A stretch of DNA of 64,000 nt from the human T2T-CHM13v2.0 reference genome, Homo sapiens. The number at the start of each line of letters is the position of its first letter. Position 1 is the stretch's first letter. The translations under genes were made by a program, and so were the position numbers. The notes under the pieces were generated by a model. It did not search any database. It was not told the DNA's origin and saw only the letters and a list, made by a program, of their open reading frames with translations. This document shows, in pieces, positions 1 to 11,269 of the stretch. Location: assembly GCF_009914755.1 (NCBI RefSeq), contig NC_060928.1. One strand, 5' to 3'.

Positions 1-133
1 AGTTTAAAAACTACCTGTCAGGTACTATGCTCACTATCTGGGTGACAGGATCCATATTCCAAACTTCAGCATCCCACATAATAAATCTGTACATGTACCC
101 CTACATCTAAAATAAAAGTTGAAATAATAAAAG
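1..133 (+). mobile_element. LINE-1 3' UTR end fragment (old L1PA/L1PB/L1MA type)
   Basis: AAAAACTACCTGTCAGGTACTATGCTCACTATCTGGGTGAC...TGTACATGTACCCC...TCTAAAATAAAAGTTGAAA matches the L1 3' terminus; cut by the window edge. Confidence 0.8.
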
Positions 134-1379
134 TAAGTGCAAGATGAATTGCAAATTTGGTGAGCAGGTAACCATCTCATAAAATAACACTTAAGACTTT
201 ATTCAATGTATTTGAGTTGGCTGGAAAATTGGCTGGCAAGCTATAAAATAAATGGTAAAAAAACAGTGACATTTTGAGTACTTGATGAGGTGCCCCAGGA
301 ACCAGTATTAATTCAACCTCACTTTATGTACAAACAGAACACTGCCGTCACTGAGGCAGTAACTGAACACAAATACTCAAAGGGACATTTTCAAAATCCT
401 TATGAGTCTAGGTCATCAACCTTAACTATACTTAAATTGAATGGGTTTTGGTAACAACTTACTTCTATTTAGTTTCTTTTGAAAAACCTTCAAGTAGTCA
501 GGCCTCCAACAAAAGTAGTTAAATTTAATAAATTAAACTTCTGCTCGCTGCATTTGTTTCCATTTTCAGATGGAATGTAGTTGGGAGAGGAGGTAAAGAG
601 ACTCTTCTTCTGGCAGTGAAAGAAATCCCAGAAGAGGGACATGTGGAAGGCAACACAGAGGGCCCAGGTGGCAGACAGCAGTGAGAGATGGATGCTCAAA
701 GCAAGTCCATGCCAGCTTCCCATTTTGCTGCAAGACATTAGGGAATTGAAAATTCACTTCCTCTGGAGAATTATGTAGCCAATTAAATGTGAACATTCTT
801 CACACCTGTTCCTGTTCATAGGGCAATGGGCTTCGACATACGTGAGGAATACAGTCATATAAATCTCAAGTTGCATTGAGAAATTGATTTTATTTTTGTA
901 AAACACTACCCTGAATCACACAGTGCCTCAACTGTTCCACCTGTAAACACAGAAAACCTTTGTCTACACAGTCCTCACAGAGATGGATTCATAGTCTACA
1001 AAGGGCTTTTCCTTAGAGAAATGAATTACATGAACCCAAGATTTTCCTAACCTATTAATAAGATCTTGACTTCCCCCCAAAAATTATGGGACTAATGTGA
1101 TCTTCCAGCACACCAGCTGCATTCCAGATAAAAATATTATCAATTTTGAAGTTACTTGTTTGAAGAAGATTTGGCAATTTCCCTTAATAACTCAGTCTAA
1201 TATAATTATGTACCTGACAAAAATGTTCATTATGTAAAAAAGAGAGGTGGAAAACAATCACTAGGCAATTGAAGTGAAATGCAGGCCTAGCTAATTGTGA
1301 AGAGATGTAATTAACTAGTTTATGTTCCTGAGATGAGTGGCTTAAATATAAAAGAATGAATTTTAAAAATTTCAGTCCC

Positions 1380-1685
<306 letters not shown>

Positions 1686-2389
1686 CTAATGGTCATATTT
1701 GTTTTGTTTAATTTTTATGAGGCATATTCCATTTTTTATTTGAACATAATGAGTTTTTTTCTGTGTTTACCTTTCCACATGAGAGAGACTTTTTGACACC
1801 ACTTGCACTCTGTCACCCTGGTTTTTGTCACACAGGGGTTTACCCTCCCTGGCCCCGCACACTGCAGTGACCATGGACATGCATTCCCTGTCCCTACAAC
1901 CTGCCACTCAGCACACACTCAGAAGAGAGTAGCAGGAGCAGCAGAGGAAAGCAATGAGAGCTTATATTCCAGGTGGGAAGACAAGCTTCTGCATAAGCTT
2001 ATCACATGTGCTCCCCACTCTTCTCCGCTCCCTTGTCACCTCTGCATGCATTAAAATTCCCTAATTTTTAAAAATCTTTCTTTCTTTCCCATCTACTGAT
2101 ATGTTCCTAATAGGTAAACAACTAAAAGAGAAATCTAGTGCTCAGTCTCCTAAATGTGAGTCTCTCCCTGCTCCATGCTGCCCTATTCACCACCCCAATC
2201 ATGTACATCAGCTGGATTGGTGTGGCCAGCCAGCTCCTCAGCCAGGCATCAAAGGCCCTACATGGAAACTCCTAGTTAGGTGGGTGACATTAGCTTACAC
2301 TGATCCCCTTGATTCTTACTTTTAACAACATCCATCTCTTTGAATTCCTCAGGGTCAACAAATTAGATTTTTCTTTCATATGAAATAGT

Positions 2390-2690
2390 CCTCTTTCTCA
2401 ACAGAATTACTGTAAAAATTCTGCCAATCCTTCAAAGCCTGGTTTAAATGTTACCTGTTTCCTCTATGAAAAATGTTCTCATCTCTACAAGTAGAAATTA
2501 TCTGCATCTCTTTTTTTACTCTTATCATCATCATCATCTTTAGAATACTTTAATAGTTTCAGATTCAGGCTGGCACCATATAATATTTATGTCTGTATCC
2601 AATACCCTCTATTAAAGTCTAATCCCTTGGAGGTCACGGTGCCTTGTCTAGAATATATGCCTCCTCATTGTTGAGCAAGTAAATGATTAA
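2390..2690 (+). mobile_element. L2 3' fragment
   Basis: ATCCTTCAAAGCCTGGTTTAAATGTTACC ... TGTTGAGCAAGTAAATGA resembles a degenerate L2 3' end. Confidence 0.5.
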
Positions 2691-3244
2691 GTTCCTCCTT
2701 TACTGTTTTCTCATTCAGTTCTGCCAATGACAGCATGAGATGAAAGGGTGAAAGGAGTACGGACTAAGAAAAGCAGGGCATGTTAAGGGCCAAAAGTAAC
2801 TTCTGTCTTTTGCCTCATTTGCTAATTTCTTCTGTATCACTATAACATTCTGCTCAGTAGGGGGCAGAAAGTAAACTTGGTGTGGCAGGAATAGAAAATG
2901 GAGGTGTAATATGTAAGATTGCAAGAAAGGGGAAAACTTAACATTTTTTATCTCTTTTAGTCCCATAATTTATTTTATTTTCAATTTTCTACAGGAGACA
3001 CTAGAGCAAGGCAGAATTATTCATGTTTTAAAAGGTATATTGAATTCTATTCTCTGTTCCCAAGATGAAGCTAGTAGAAAATCAGTCAACCAGCAAGCAG
3101 GCAAGGAGGGAGAACCTCCTCCCTCCTCTTGTCATATGCCTCTTTCCCTGAAGTTACTCCTGTTCAAATGAAACAATGGTTCTTCTCAAATCTACTGGAA
3201 TCAGAACACACACACCTGTCATGTGTGTATGTTAGTACGGTGTA

Positions 3245-3440
3245 ACAAATCAGCCAGTCGACAAATGTTCACTCACTGCCTATGATGCATCAGGAAGATT
3301 GCAGGCCCTTGGGGATGCAAAGGAGAACCAAACAAACAGCTACCACCCTCCTGGAACTACTTCTGCTCTCAACATTGCCAACAGTCTTCACACAAATAAT
3401 TTAAATAATTGGAAATATGCAAAGTGTTATTTAATATAAG
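3245..3440 (-). mobile_element. L2 fragment
   Basis: CAAATGTTCACTCACTGCCTATGATGCATCAGG...GGCCCTTGGGGATGCAAAGGAGAAC resembles the antisense L2 3' end. Confidence 0.5.
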
Positions 3441-3849
3441 TATCACACACAGGTGTGGCGGCCAGTCTTTCCATGTATGTGTGAGTGATCATGGGCAAAG
3501 ACAACAGCTTTAAACATATTTATTAAGCACTTACTGGTAATCCTACATTAAAGGCCCTTAGCATAATGCTTGGCACACATTAAGTATTGAATAAATGACA
3601 TGGAATATATAAATTGCTCCTTGCTAAGGAATTACGTATTTCCACTTATAAAGTCTACTTCTCATTTCAGTCAAATTAGACTAAGAATATTAGAAAAGCC
3701 ATTCATTCCACTTTTGGTGGATGTATCACCCCTAAAAAGTGGTGTACAAATTGTCAAGGGTCCTAACTGATGTCAAGAGTCTCTCTTCTTTTTCTCCTCA
3801 TTAAAATTCTGATACAAGGTCTCTACAGGCTCAATCCCTGGGTTACAAG

Positions 3850-3990
3850 TGAGAGAGTAGCAAGGGCACCAGATTTAGAGTTAACTGGATTTGGGTTTAT
3901 GCTGTGCTCTACCAGTGATTTGGCCATGAGACCTAAATCATCTGTAAAACAGAGATAGTAATATTGACTGCATACAACTTCTATAAGCCT
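3850..3990 (+). mobile_element. MIR fragment
   Basis: GGATTTGGGTTTATGC...TCTACC...CATCTGTAAAACAGAGATAGTAATA is the MIR core. Confidence 0.6.
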
Positions 3991-6060
3991 GAGATGAGAA
4001 AGCACACAAAAGGACCCATGATATTTACTGGCAGGGATACTTGAGATATTCTCTGAGGACAAACAAGGTTCCATCCACTATTTAGAGGCCATTGATGCCA
4101 AACCAGCTATGCACTGATATCTTCCAAGAATAAAGGGAATGTGCTTTGTCCGAAGCACATTCTAAGCACAGACACTAACTAGTGATTTACAATGTGGCTC
4201 ATGGAAACAGACTGGGCCTGCCTGCGATTGTGCCTGTTAAAATGCCCAAAGAGTACTGCCCTTCCCACTTAGAGCTCAAGAGAAATACAAAGACACCTCA
4301 AGAGTGGACCTGCTGTCACTCTTTCATTGACAGCTAGATGGCAGGCCCTGTGGTTGCCTCACTTGCAGTCTCATTCCTAACCCTCAACTTGTGGCCTCCT
4401 TTATCACACCCTACAGTTTCTAAATTGCTTTGCAGGATTTTCTAAGGACTATTCTGTGAGAACATCTTGGGCTGCTGGATGTGTGCATGCACTTGCACAA
4501 ATATGAAACAGAGAGCTGGTCCAGGCAGAAGGACTTACATATTTTTTTCTCAAATAACATATTTGAGTATTAAAAGCAATGTATTCTGTTCTCCTGCTAA
4601 CAAAGAATAATAAAACCAGAGTGTTGCCTTCCCAGCAGCTCTTGCCTTTGAATCGTGCAAAGCAGAAATGATCCTTGGTTTGTAGGCAGCAACAGCCTCC
4701 AGAAGCTATGGGAACATTGCCAAGAGCCCTGAAAAACCTCCACAGCTAATTGGGAACTGGCTTATTAGTGACACTTTTGAGAGTCAGGTTGTCATTGAAG
4801 AGAAACGAAGGAGAACACAGTGGGCGCTGTAGCCTGGAATTAGGCAGTGGGAGGAGGGAGGGCTGGTCCCTGCTCCTTGCAAGAACATTGCTCTGTAATT
4901 TTCTCAAACAGTGTGCTCAGCTGGCTTGCAAAAGCACTAGATCCTGGGATGCTGCAGACAACACCTTAGCCTCCACTCTTCCTTGAACACTGCCCCTTCC
5001 ATACACATTCGGAGATCCCTGTGGCCATGTCAAAGGTACCGTGAATTTGTTAACACAACTGAGAAAAACATGTCATGCCCTCTTAGTAGCCTTTGGAACA
5101 TGTATCTACATCATTTTGTGTGTGTAGCCAACTGAAAGTGTTTTATTTCACAGTGATTAGACAATTCCAGCCGCAAAGAACTCCTGATTTTTTGTATAAA
5201 CATTAAAAACACACAAAAAAAGGAGAAATTAGTTAAAGAACTCACAATTTTTATTTAGCTAACTTAAGTCAAAATGCCAGGTAGGTCAATTAATTAGGAA
5301 CCATCACAAGAGATAAATATGACTAGCAGTTTCTATTAAAACCCCTGATTTTTAAAAGAAAGTTAAGGACACTGATGATCAGTGTCAGGCCAGCAGTCAA
5401 GCAAAATGCTGTGTCCTGAGAGTCACCTTTGAGCAACTAGCAAGATGTTGTTCTGATAACAAAGTGGGTTTCTCAGTTCCCTCCCCATTGGGCTGATGGT
5501 GATTGATCTGGATAACCTTTTCTGATTTCTTTGCTAAAATTCTAGCCCTCACCCAATTTTTAAAAAATTTTTAAAAAGAAGAATCCGTGTCATTCTTCAT
5601 TAGCAATGAGAGCTATGTAATGTGGATAAGCATATACCACATCCATTTGCTGTGCTCCCTGCTGGATTAATTGATGGAATTGAGTTGCCACCCTGCTAGA
5701 AAGAACAAAGACTAGATCCTGGAATTAACTCCTGAAGTTCTACACTGGTGTAGGGAACAACCCAACTCTTTTCCTGATGGTACTAGAAGTCCATCTGAGT
5801 ACAGAGAAACTGGAACACGGAAAACATAGTTTATAGCCACCTGTTTGTTGTCTTACTCCATAAATTGCCTCTTGTTTCTCCTTTAGCAAATTCATTCTTC
5901 TCTTCTCATAATAATGATTCAGGATTTGCCCATTTTCTAATTCAGCTCAACCTGTGACACAATGGGTTCCCCGAATCTTAAGGTAACTCTATTTGTTTCT
6001 CTAACTCTTGCTGTTAACATCATACACACACATACACATAGACACACACACATGCATTTT

Positions 6061-6862
6061 AGTGGTAGACAATATTGGGTTGATTGCCTACCTAATAGTT
6101 GGCCATTTTCTCCCCCTTTCTTCTTTTCCGGGCGGGCTTGCTCCCTACAAGAGAAGCTGAACTGTCACTTATCAGTATTCCCAGCTTTCTTTCTTCTAGA
6201 GGTAGTATGTGACCGAGTTTTAGAGTGGTCCTCTAACAGACTCATGGGATGGTGGAATTATGACATAGTTGTGGGGTAGAAAGTGACGGAGTCCTGCAGC
6301 AGCAATGTGAAATCATGTGACAGATTTCTGGAGTAGCCATGTGACAAAATCTATGGAAGTGACACAGTTCTGACATGGTTGTGTGACACTGTTTTGGGGT
6401 GACCTTGTGATGTAATGCTTGGGTGGCAATGTGACATATTGATAGCCATGGAGCACAGTCCTGGGGTGACAATGTGACATATTGAACATTCCTGGGATGG
6501 CCATGTGACATAGTTCTGGGATGGCAATGTGACATAGGACAGGACCATGTGAAAAGTCTCTGGTCAATGAAGTCTTAGGGATGTCTCCTGGAGAGTTTCT
6601 GGGAAAGATTCTCCCTCCATCTAAAGAGGAATATGGAAAAAGGCTTTCCTCACCACTAGGACTGCCCCTTTCTCCTCTGATATTTGAACAGATTGACATG
6701 AGCACATAACACTCCAGGCTGCTGCAGCAGACATACTGCCGCAACAATGGCAGACATTTCATCTACTGAGAATGGCAGACGAATGAGAAGTGCCTAGAAC
6801 CTTGATGGCACTTTGTGCAATAAGTCTTAGCTTGCCTACCCCTAGATTACTTCTTAAGTGAG
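6061..6862 (+). mobile_element. ERVL-class LTR (LTR33-like) with internal tandem expansion
   Basis: TTCCCAGCTTTC...CCATGTGAC...TCTGGTCAATGA...TTTCTGGGAAAGATTCTCC...CCTACCCCTAGATTACTT are typical of LTR33/MLT1-like LTRs; interrupted by THE1 at 6863. Confidence 0.6.
6240..6560. repeat. Degenerate ~24-bp minisatellite, unit ~GGGATGGCMATGTGACATAGTTCT, about 12-13 copies
   Basis: ATGTGACA/GTGAC recurs at ~22-24 nt spacing; best-preserved adjacent units start at 6492 and 6516. Confidence 0.8.
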
Positions 6863-7237
6863 TGATATGGTTAGGCCTTGTGTCTCCACCCAAATTTTAT
6901 CTAGAATTATAATCCCCATAATACCCACATGTCAAGGAGATACCAGGTGGAGGTAATTGGATCATGGGGGCAGTTTCCCCTATGTTGTTCTCGTGATAGT
7001 GAGTTCTCACAAGATCTGATGGTTTTATAAGTGCCTCTTCCCTCTTTGCTCAGCACTTCTCCTTCCTGCCACTTTTGTGAAGAAGGTGCCTTGCTTCCCC
7101 TTCAGCTTCTACCATGATTGTAAGTTTCCTGAGGCCTCCCCAGCCATGCTGAACTGTGAGTCAATTAAACCTGTTTCCTTTATAAATTACCCAGTCTTGG
7201 GCAGTTCTTTATAGTACTATGAACATGGACTAATACA
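6863..7237 (+). mobile_element. THE1 (THE1C-like) MaLR solo LTR
   Basis: Starts TGATATGGTTAGGC, ends GGACTAATACA; 5-bp TSD GTGAG/GTAAG. Confidence 0.9.
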
Positions 7238-8204
7238 GTAAGATTAAGCATAAGCATTTCCCTGTTGAAATTAAATTTATTTTTGCAACAAAGACACAAA
7301 TTGCTTTTTCATAAAAGTTCAGGAGAAAAAAATTAATTTGAAACTTCATAAAGAATAATACAAGTAGTATCCTTTAGTTATATAAAGATAATGCAGGCAG
7401 GCTCCCTGACCTAGAGTAAAGACGCATAAGACTTTTTGCTTGACTAAGTTAGGTGCTAAAGACTGTGGTAAGCAGCTCTAGCGAGTGAGTGGCCAGTTGG
7501 CAAACGAAGTTTTAGGAGACTGAAACTTCCCCATTATTGCTTTCCAAAGTTCAAAATAAAGGAAAACAATCAATTTGCACCAAGGTGACCATAACCACCT
7601 ACAATAAAATTACCTGTATCATAGGCGAGGCTCATGATCTAAGGTTCAGGTGTAGATCAAGCTGAGAATTCTGCAGTTTCCAATATCAGTGGTTGAGACT
7701 TAGGAAACAGCATTGAGTATAAAATCTGGAAATCTTGGTGTTGATGTGAAGGGATGTGAACAAGCAAGGGCATGTCAGAGCCAGTGGACAAATAGTGTCA
7801 TCTGTCACACTATGTAAGACATAGAGGTAAGTCATGCCAGTAATGGGATTGCCAAGTAACAACTCCCTATTTGCTTTTTGTGTGTGGAAATAGGCTGAAT
7901 CTCCTACCACAACTCACCTTGGTCATATGAGCAAATGGACAGGTTCTTGAACAAACTGGACCTGGGGAAACATGAAGGAGGATTTAATAAAATTTTCACT
8001 AATAAGACTTGTAGATTTCAAAGCATTAACTATAAATGAGTGAATACATGCATCAGTATTCCCACATCAGTGAGTATATACATATTTGTCTTTGTCATAC
8101 GTATATCTACTTATATATCAACATCAAACACTACACAACAACTGTTAATTGCCCCAAAACAGAATGATTAATTAAGCACAGTTATTTTTTGCTAATCTAA
8201 CCTT

Positions 8205-9043
8205 TCTTATTAAAAATAAATTTTATTATGCATATTTTAGGTATACAGCATGTTACAAGATACATATATGTACATATATACACATATATACATAATATAA
8301 TGGTTACTATAGTGGAATAAATTAATATACCCATCATTTCACTTAGTTACTCATTTCCCGCTCTGTGGCAAGAGCAGCTATCATCCATTCATTTAACAAA
8401 ATTTCTGACTACAATACATTATTATTAACTATAGTTCTCATGTTGTATATTAGTAGCATGTTTGCTACTTTTTACCCTTTGACCTACATCTCCCCATTTT
8501 CTCTCCTTCACCTCAATCCTGGTAACCACTGTTTTATTCTCTATCTCTGTCTCTATATACTTGATTTTTTTAAGATTCCACATATAAGTGGGATCATGCA
8601 GTATTTATCATTCTGTGTCTGACTTATTTTACTTGGCATAATGTGCTCTCTAGATTCATCCATATTATTGCAAATGGCAGGATCTTCTCTTTTTTAAGGC
8701 TGAGTAATATTCCATTGTGTGTGTGTGCACACATGTATGTACATGCACACACACATGTATTTACACACACACACTATAGTTTCTTTATCCTTTCATCCAT
8801 CAGTGGACTGTACATTGTTTTCATATCTTGGCTATCATGAATAATGCTTCAAGGAACATGTGAGTGCCAACATCTTTACTAGGTGGTGATTTCTTCCCTT
8901 TGGGCATATCCTCAGCAGTGGGATTGCTGGGTTATATGGTAGTTCTATTTTTCTTTAGGGACCTCCTTCCTGATATACCAATGTACATATCCATCAATGG
9001 TGCACAAGAATTACCTTTTCTCCATACTCTCACCAATACTTGC
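8205..9043 (-). mobile_element. L1MA-type 3' fragment, 5'-truncated
   Basis: GATTCCACATATAAGTGGGATCATGCAGTATTT...GATTCATCCAT...GGATTGCTGGGTTATATGGTAGTTCTATT is antisense L1 3' UTR/ORF2 end. Confidence 0.85.
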
Positions 9044-9044
9044 T

Positions 9045-9339
9045 AATACTTATTAAAATGTTAGGAAATCTTATCTGAAATAAAACGTTTTAGCAAAGAC
9101 TGGAAAGACCGTGATATATATAATTAATTATATATTATTTCATATAATAATATATACTATATAATCATAAAATATGATATATAATTAGTTATATTATTGT
9201 ATGTAATAACAAATTATAATATAGAATTAATGATAATACATATAATCTATATGTAATTAATCATAGTATATGTAATCTTTCTGGTCTTTGTCAAAATGTT
9301 TCATTTCAGAGATTATTTCTTAACATTTTAATAAGTGTT
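9045..9339. repeat. 64-bp inverted repeat flanking a 167-bp AT-rich low-complexity spacer
   Basis: 9045-9108 vs reverse complement of 9276-9339: 53/64 identical, ungapped (hand alignment). Confidence 0.9.
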
Positions 9340-9349
9340 TTTAAGGACA

Positions 9350-9564
9350 ATTTTCTAAGGTCAAATAAGTCTGGAAAATACTCTTTACCCAAATTTAAAC
9401 TGGTTGCTTTGATGCAAGCCTTCTGAACCTTTGAATACGCAGTATGAATATTCAAGAGAGGATAGAGTAGATATTGCCTCTAAAAATTACGTATCCACTG
9501 AAGTCTTCTTTACAAAGCATCTCATGAGACTAGTTTCTTGCAGAACGTAATTTGAAAAACACTG
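9350..9564. mobile_element. hAT-Charlie non-autonomous DNA transposon fragment (MER119-like)
   Basis: GGTCAAATAAGTCTGGAAAA ... AGCATCTCATGAGACTAGT...GAAAAACACTG terminus typical of this group. Confidence 0.55.
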
Positions 9565-10029
9565 ATTTAGTTTTAAATTCAACCCACAGATAATAAATGT
9601 TTAATTTTTACATATATTTTCTTTAAATTAAAAATATTCAAATTTATTACAATTATTTGAAATTTAACCTTGTATTCAATTGCATTTTTATTCACCAGCA
9701 GTCCCTTTGTGCCTTCGCCATTCTAGCACTTTTAATATTAATGCATGGCTTGATCTGTTGGAGTAGATTTTTAAATACATTTTCAAGAATGGTTCATGGA
9801 TAATATGTTTTATGATCCCACCCAAATATGCGAAATATTTTATTGTGTGACATTGATCTTGGCTATATACACAATCACTAGGTCCTCAGACTATGTCCTC
9901 AAAATGCTAGGCAAAATCTGTTATGTATAATTGTATAGGACTTAGTAGCTAGCCTGAATCTGTTCTTTTGCTTATAAGTTTAGTTTGTGAGTGGGGCAGG
10001 AGAGGGGTTTGAGGTGCATGGAGCTAAAT

Positions 10030-10218
10030 CCAGATACTCTGTTTTGTCCAGCTTCTTTAACTTAGCCCAAATTTTTTGAGATTCATCCATGTTGTTTTAT
10101 GTTTGAATACTTTATTCCTTTTTATTGTTGAATAGTGTTCTGTTATGTAGTATGCTGCAATTTGTTAATGGATTCACCTGTTGATGGTTATTCAGGTGGT
10201 TTTCACTTTCTGGTTATT
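10030..10218 (-). mobile_element. Old L1 (L1MB/MC/ME) 3' fragment
   Basis: GAGATTCATCCATGTTG...ATTCACCTGTTGATGG; closely resembles 11453-11718. Confidence 0.75.
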
Positions 10219-10345
10219 GTTTCTATTTATGTGATTAAAAATTTTTGCAAGGATGTGTCTAGTGTGGGTATCCAAAATAACTTTGAATGATATTTGCAAA
10301 GCATGTCAAATCTATGTAACTGGTTTGCTATAAAGATTCAATGTG

Positions 10346-10655
<310 letters not shown>

Positions 10656-11269
10656 TCAATTTGTTGGGGCATAGAAATAAAAAGCATTCCTTTAGATCCA
10701 ATAATTAATACCTTCCATGTTCAGTAATATCCTCTTTTCCTACTGGGTACCAGTTTTCTAATTGGCATTTTAATTTTGACTCAATTAAATCACATTTATT
10801 CTGGAAAGAATTATTTCATTTATTGAAAGACTAACATACTTATTTTAACTTTAAATATTCTATTCAATTCGAAGTTTACCCCCACTCATCCTGTCTCCTT
10901 TTCTCAGATTAGACTTGTGGTTCAAGAGTTTGAAATGAAGAGGTTGGAGTACAGCAAAACTCTGTTGGCAACCCACCTTCAATGCATATCTCTTTTTCTG
11001 TTGAAACACTTAGAAAAAGAAGAGAAGACAGTTGACTTCAGTTGCTAACCTTTGACTGGTAACTGTTTTTTCTTATGTGCTCCCTAAAATTCTTCATATC
11101 ATATCACACCAAAAAATTGTATTATTAGCACAGGACATTTGAGAAAAGGAGAGAGCATCTGGGGCTTCTATGTGACTTGGAGAACAATTTTTATTATAAG
11201 AAAACAAAATGCAAAGTGTTGGAAGCATATTAAATGTTGAATTCGTTTATCCCTTCCAAATTAAAATTT

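Noticed and set aside
561-600. Possible 23-nt plus-strand micro-exon (TTTTCAG|ATGG...GGAG|GTAAAG)
   Set aside because: Splice-like signals alone, with no recognisable peptide or partner exons; common by chance.
6240-6560. Repeat array that might look CRISPR-like, with overlapping Cys/His-rich ORFs (6242-6762)
   Set aside because: Units are contiguous and degenerate with no unique spacers or cas genes; the DNA is primate; the ORFs simply reflect the repeat period.
7758-7777. p53-like element GAACAAGCAAGGGCATGTCA
   Set aside because: Three mismatches to the paired RRRCWWGYYY consensus; expected by chance in 64 kb.
8716-8775. (TG)n...(CA)n quasi-palindromic tract
   Set aside because: Ordinary microsatellite growth at a common site in L1 3' regions.
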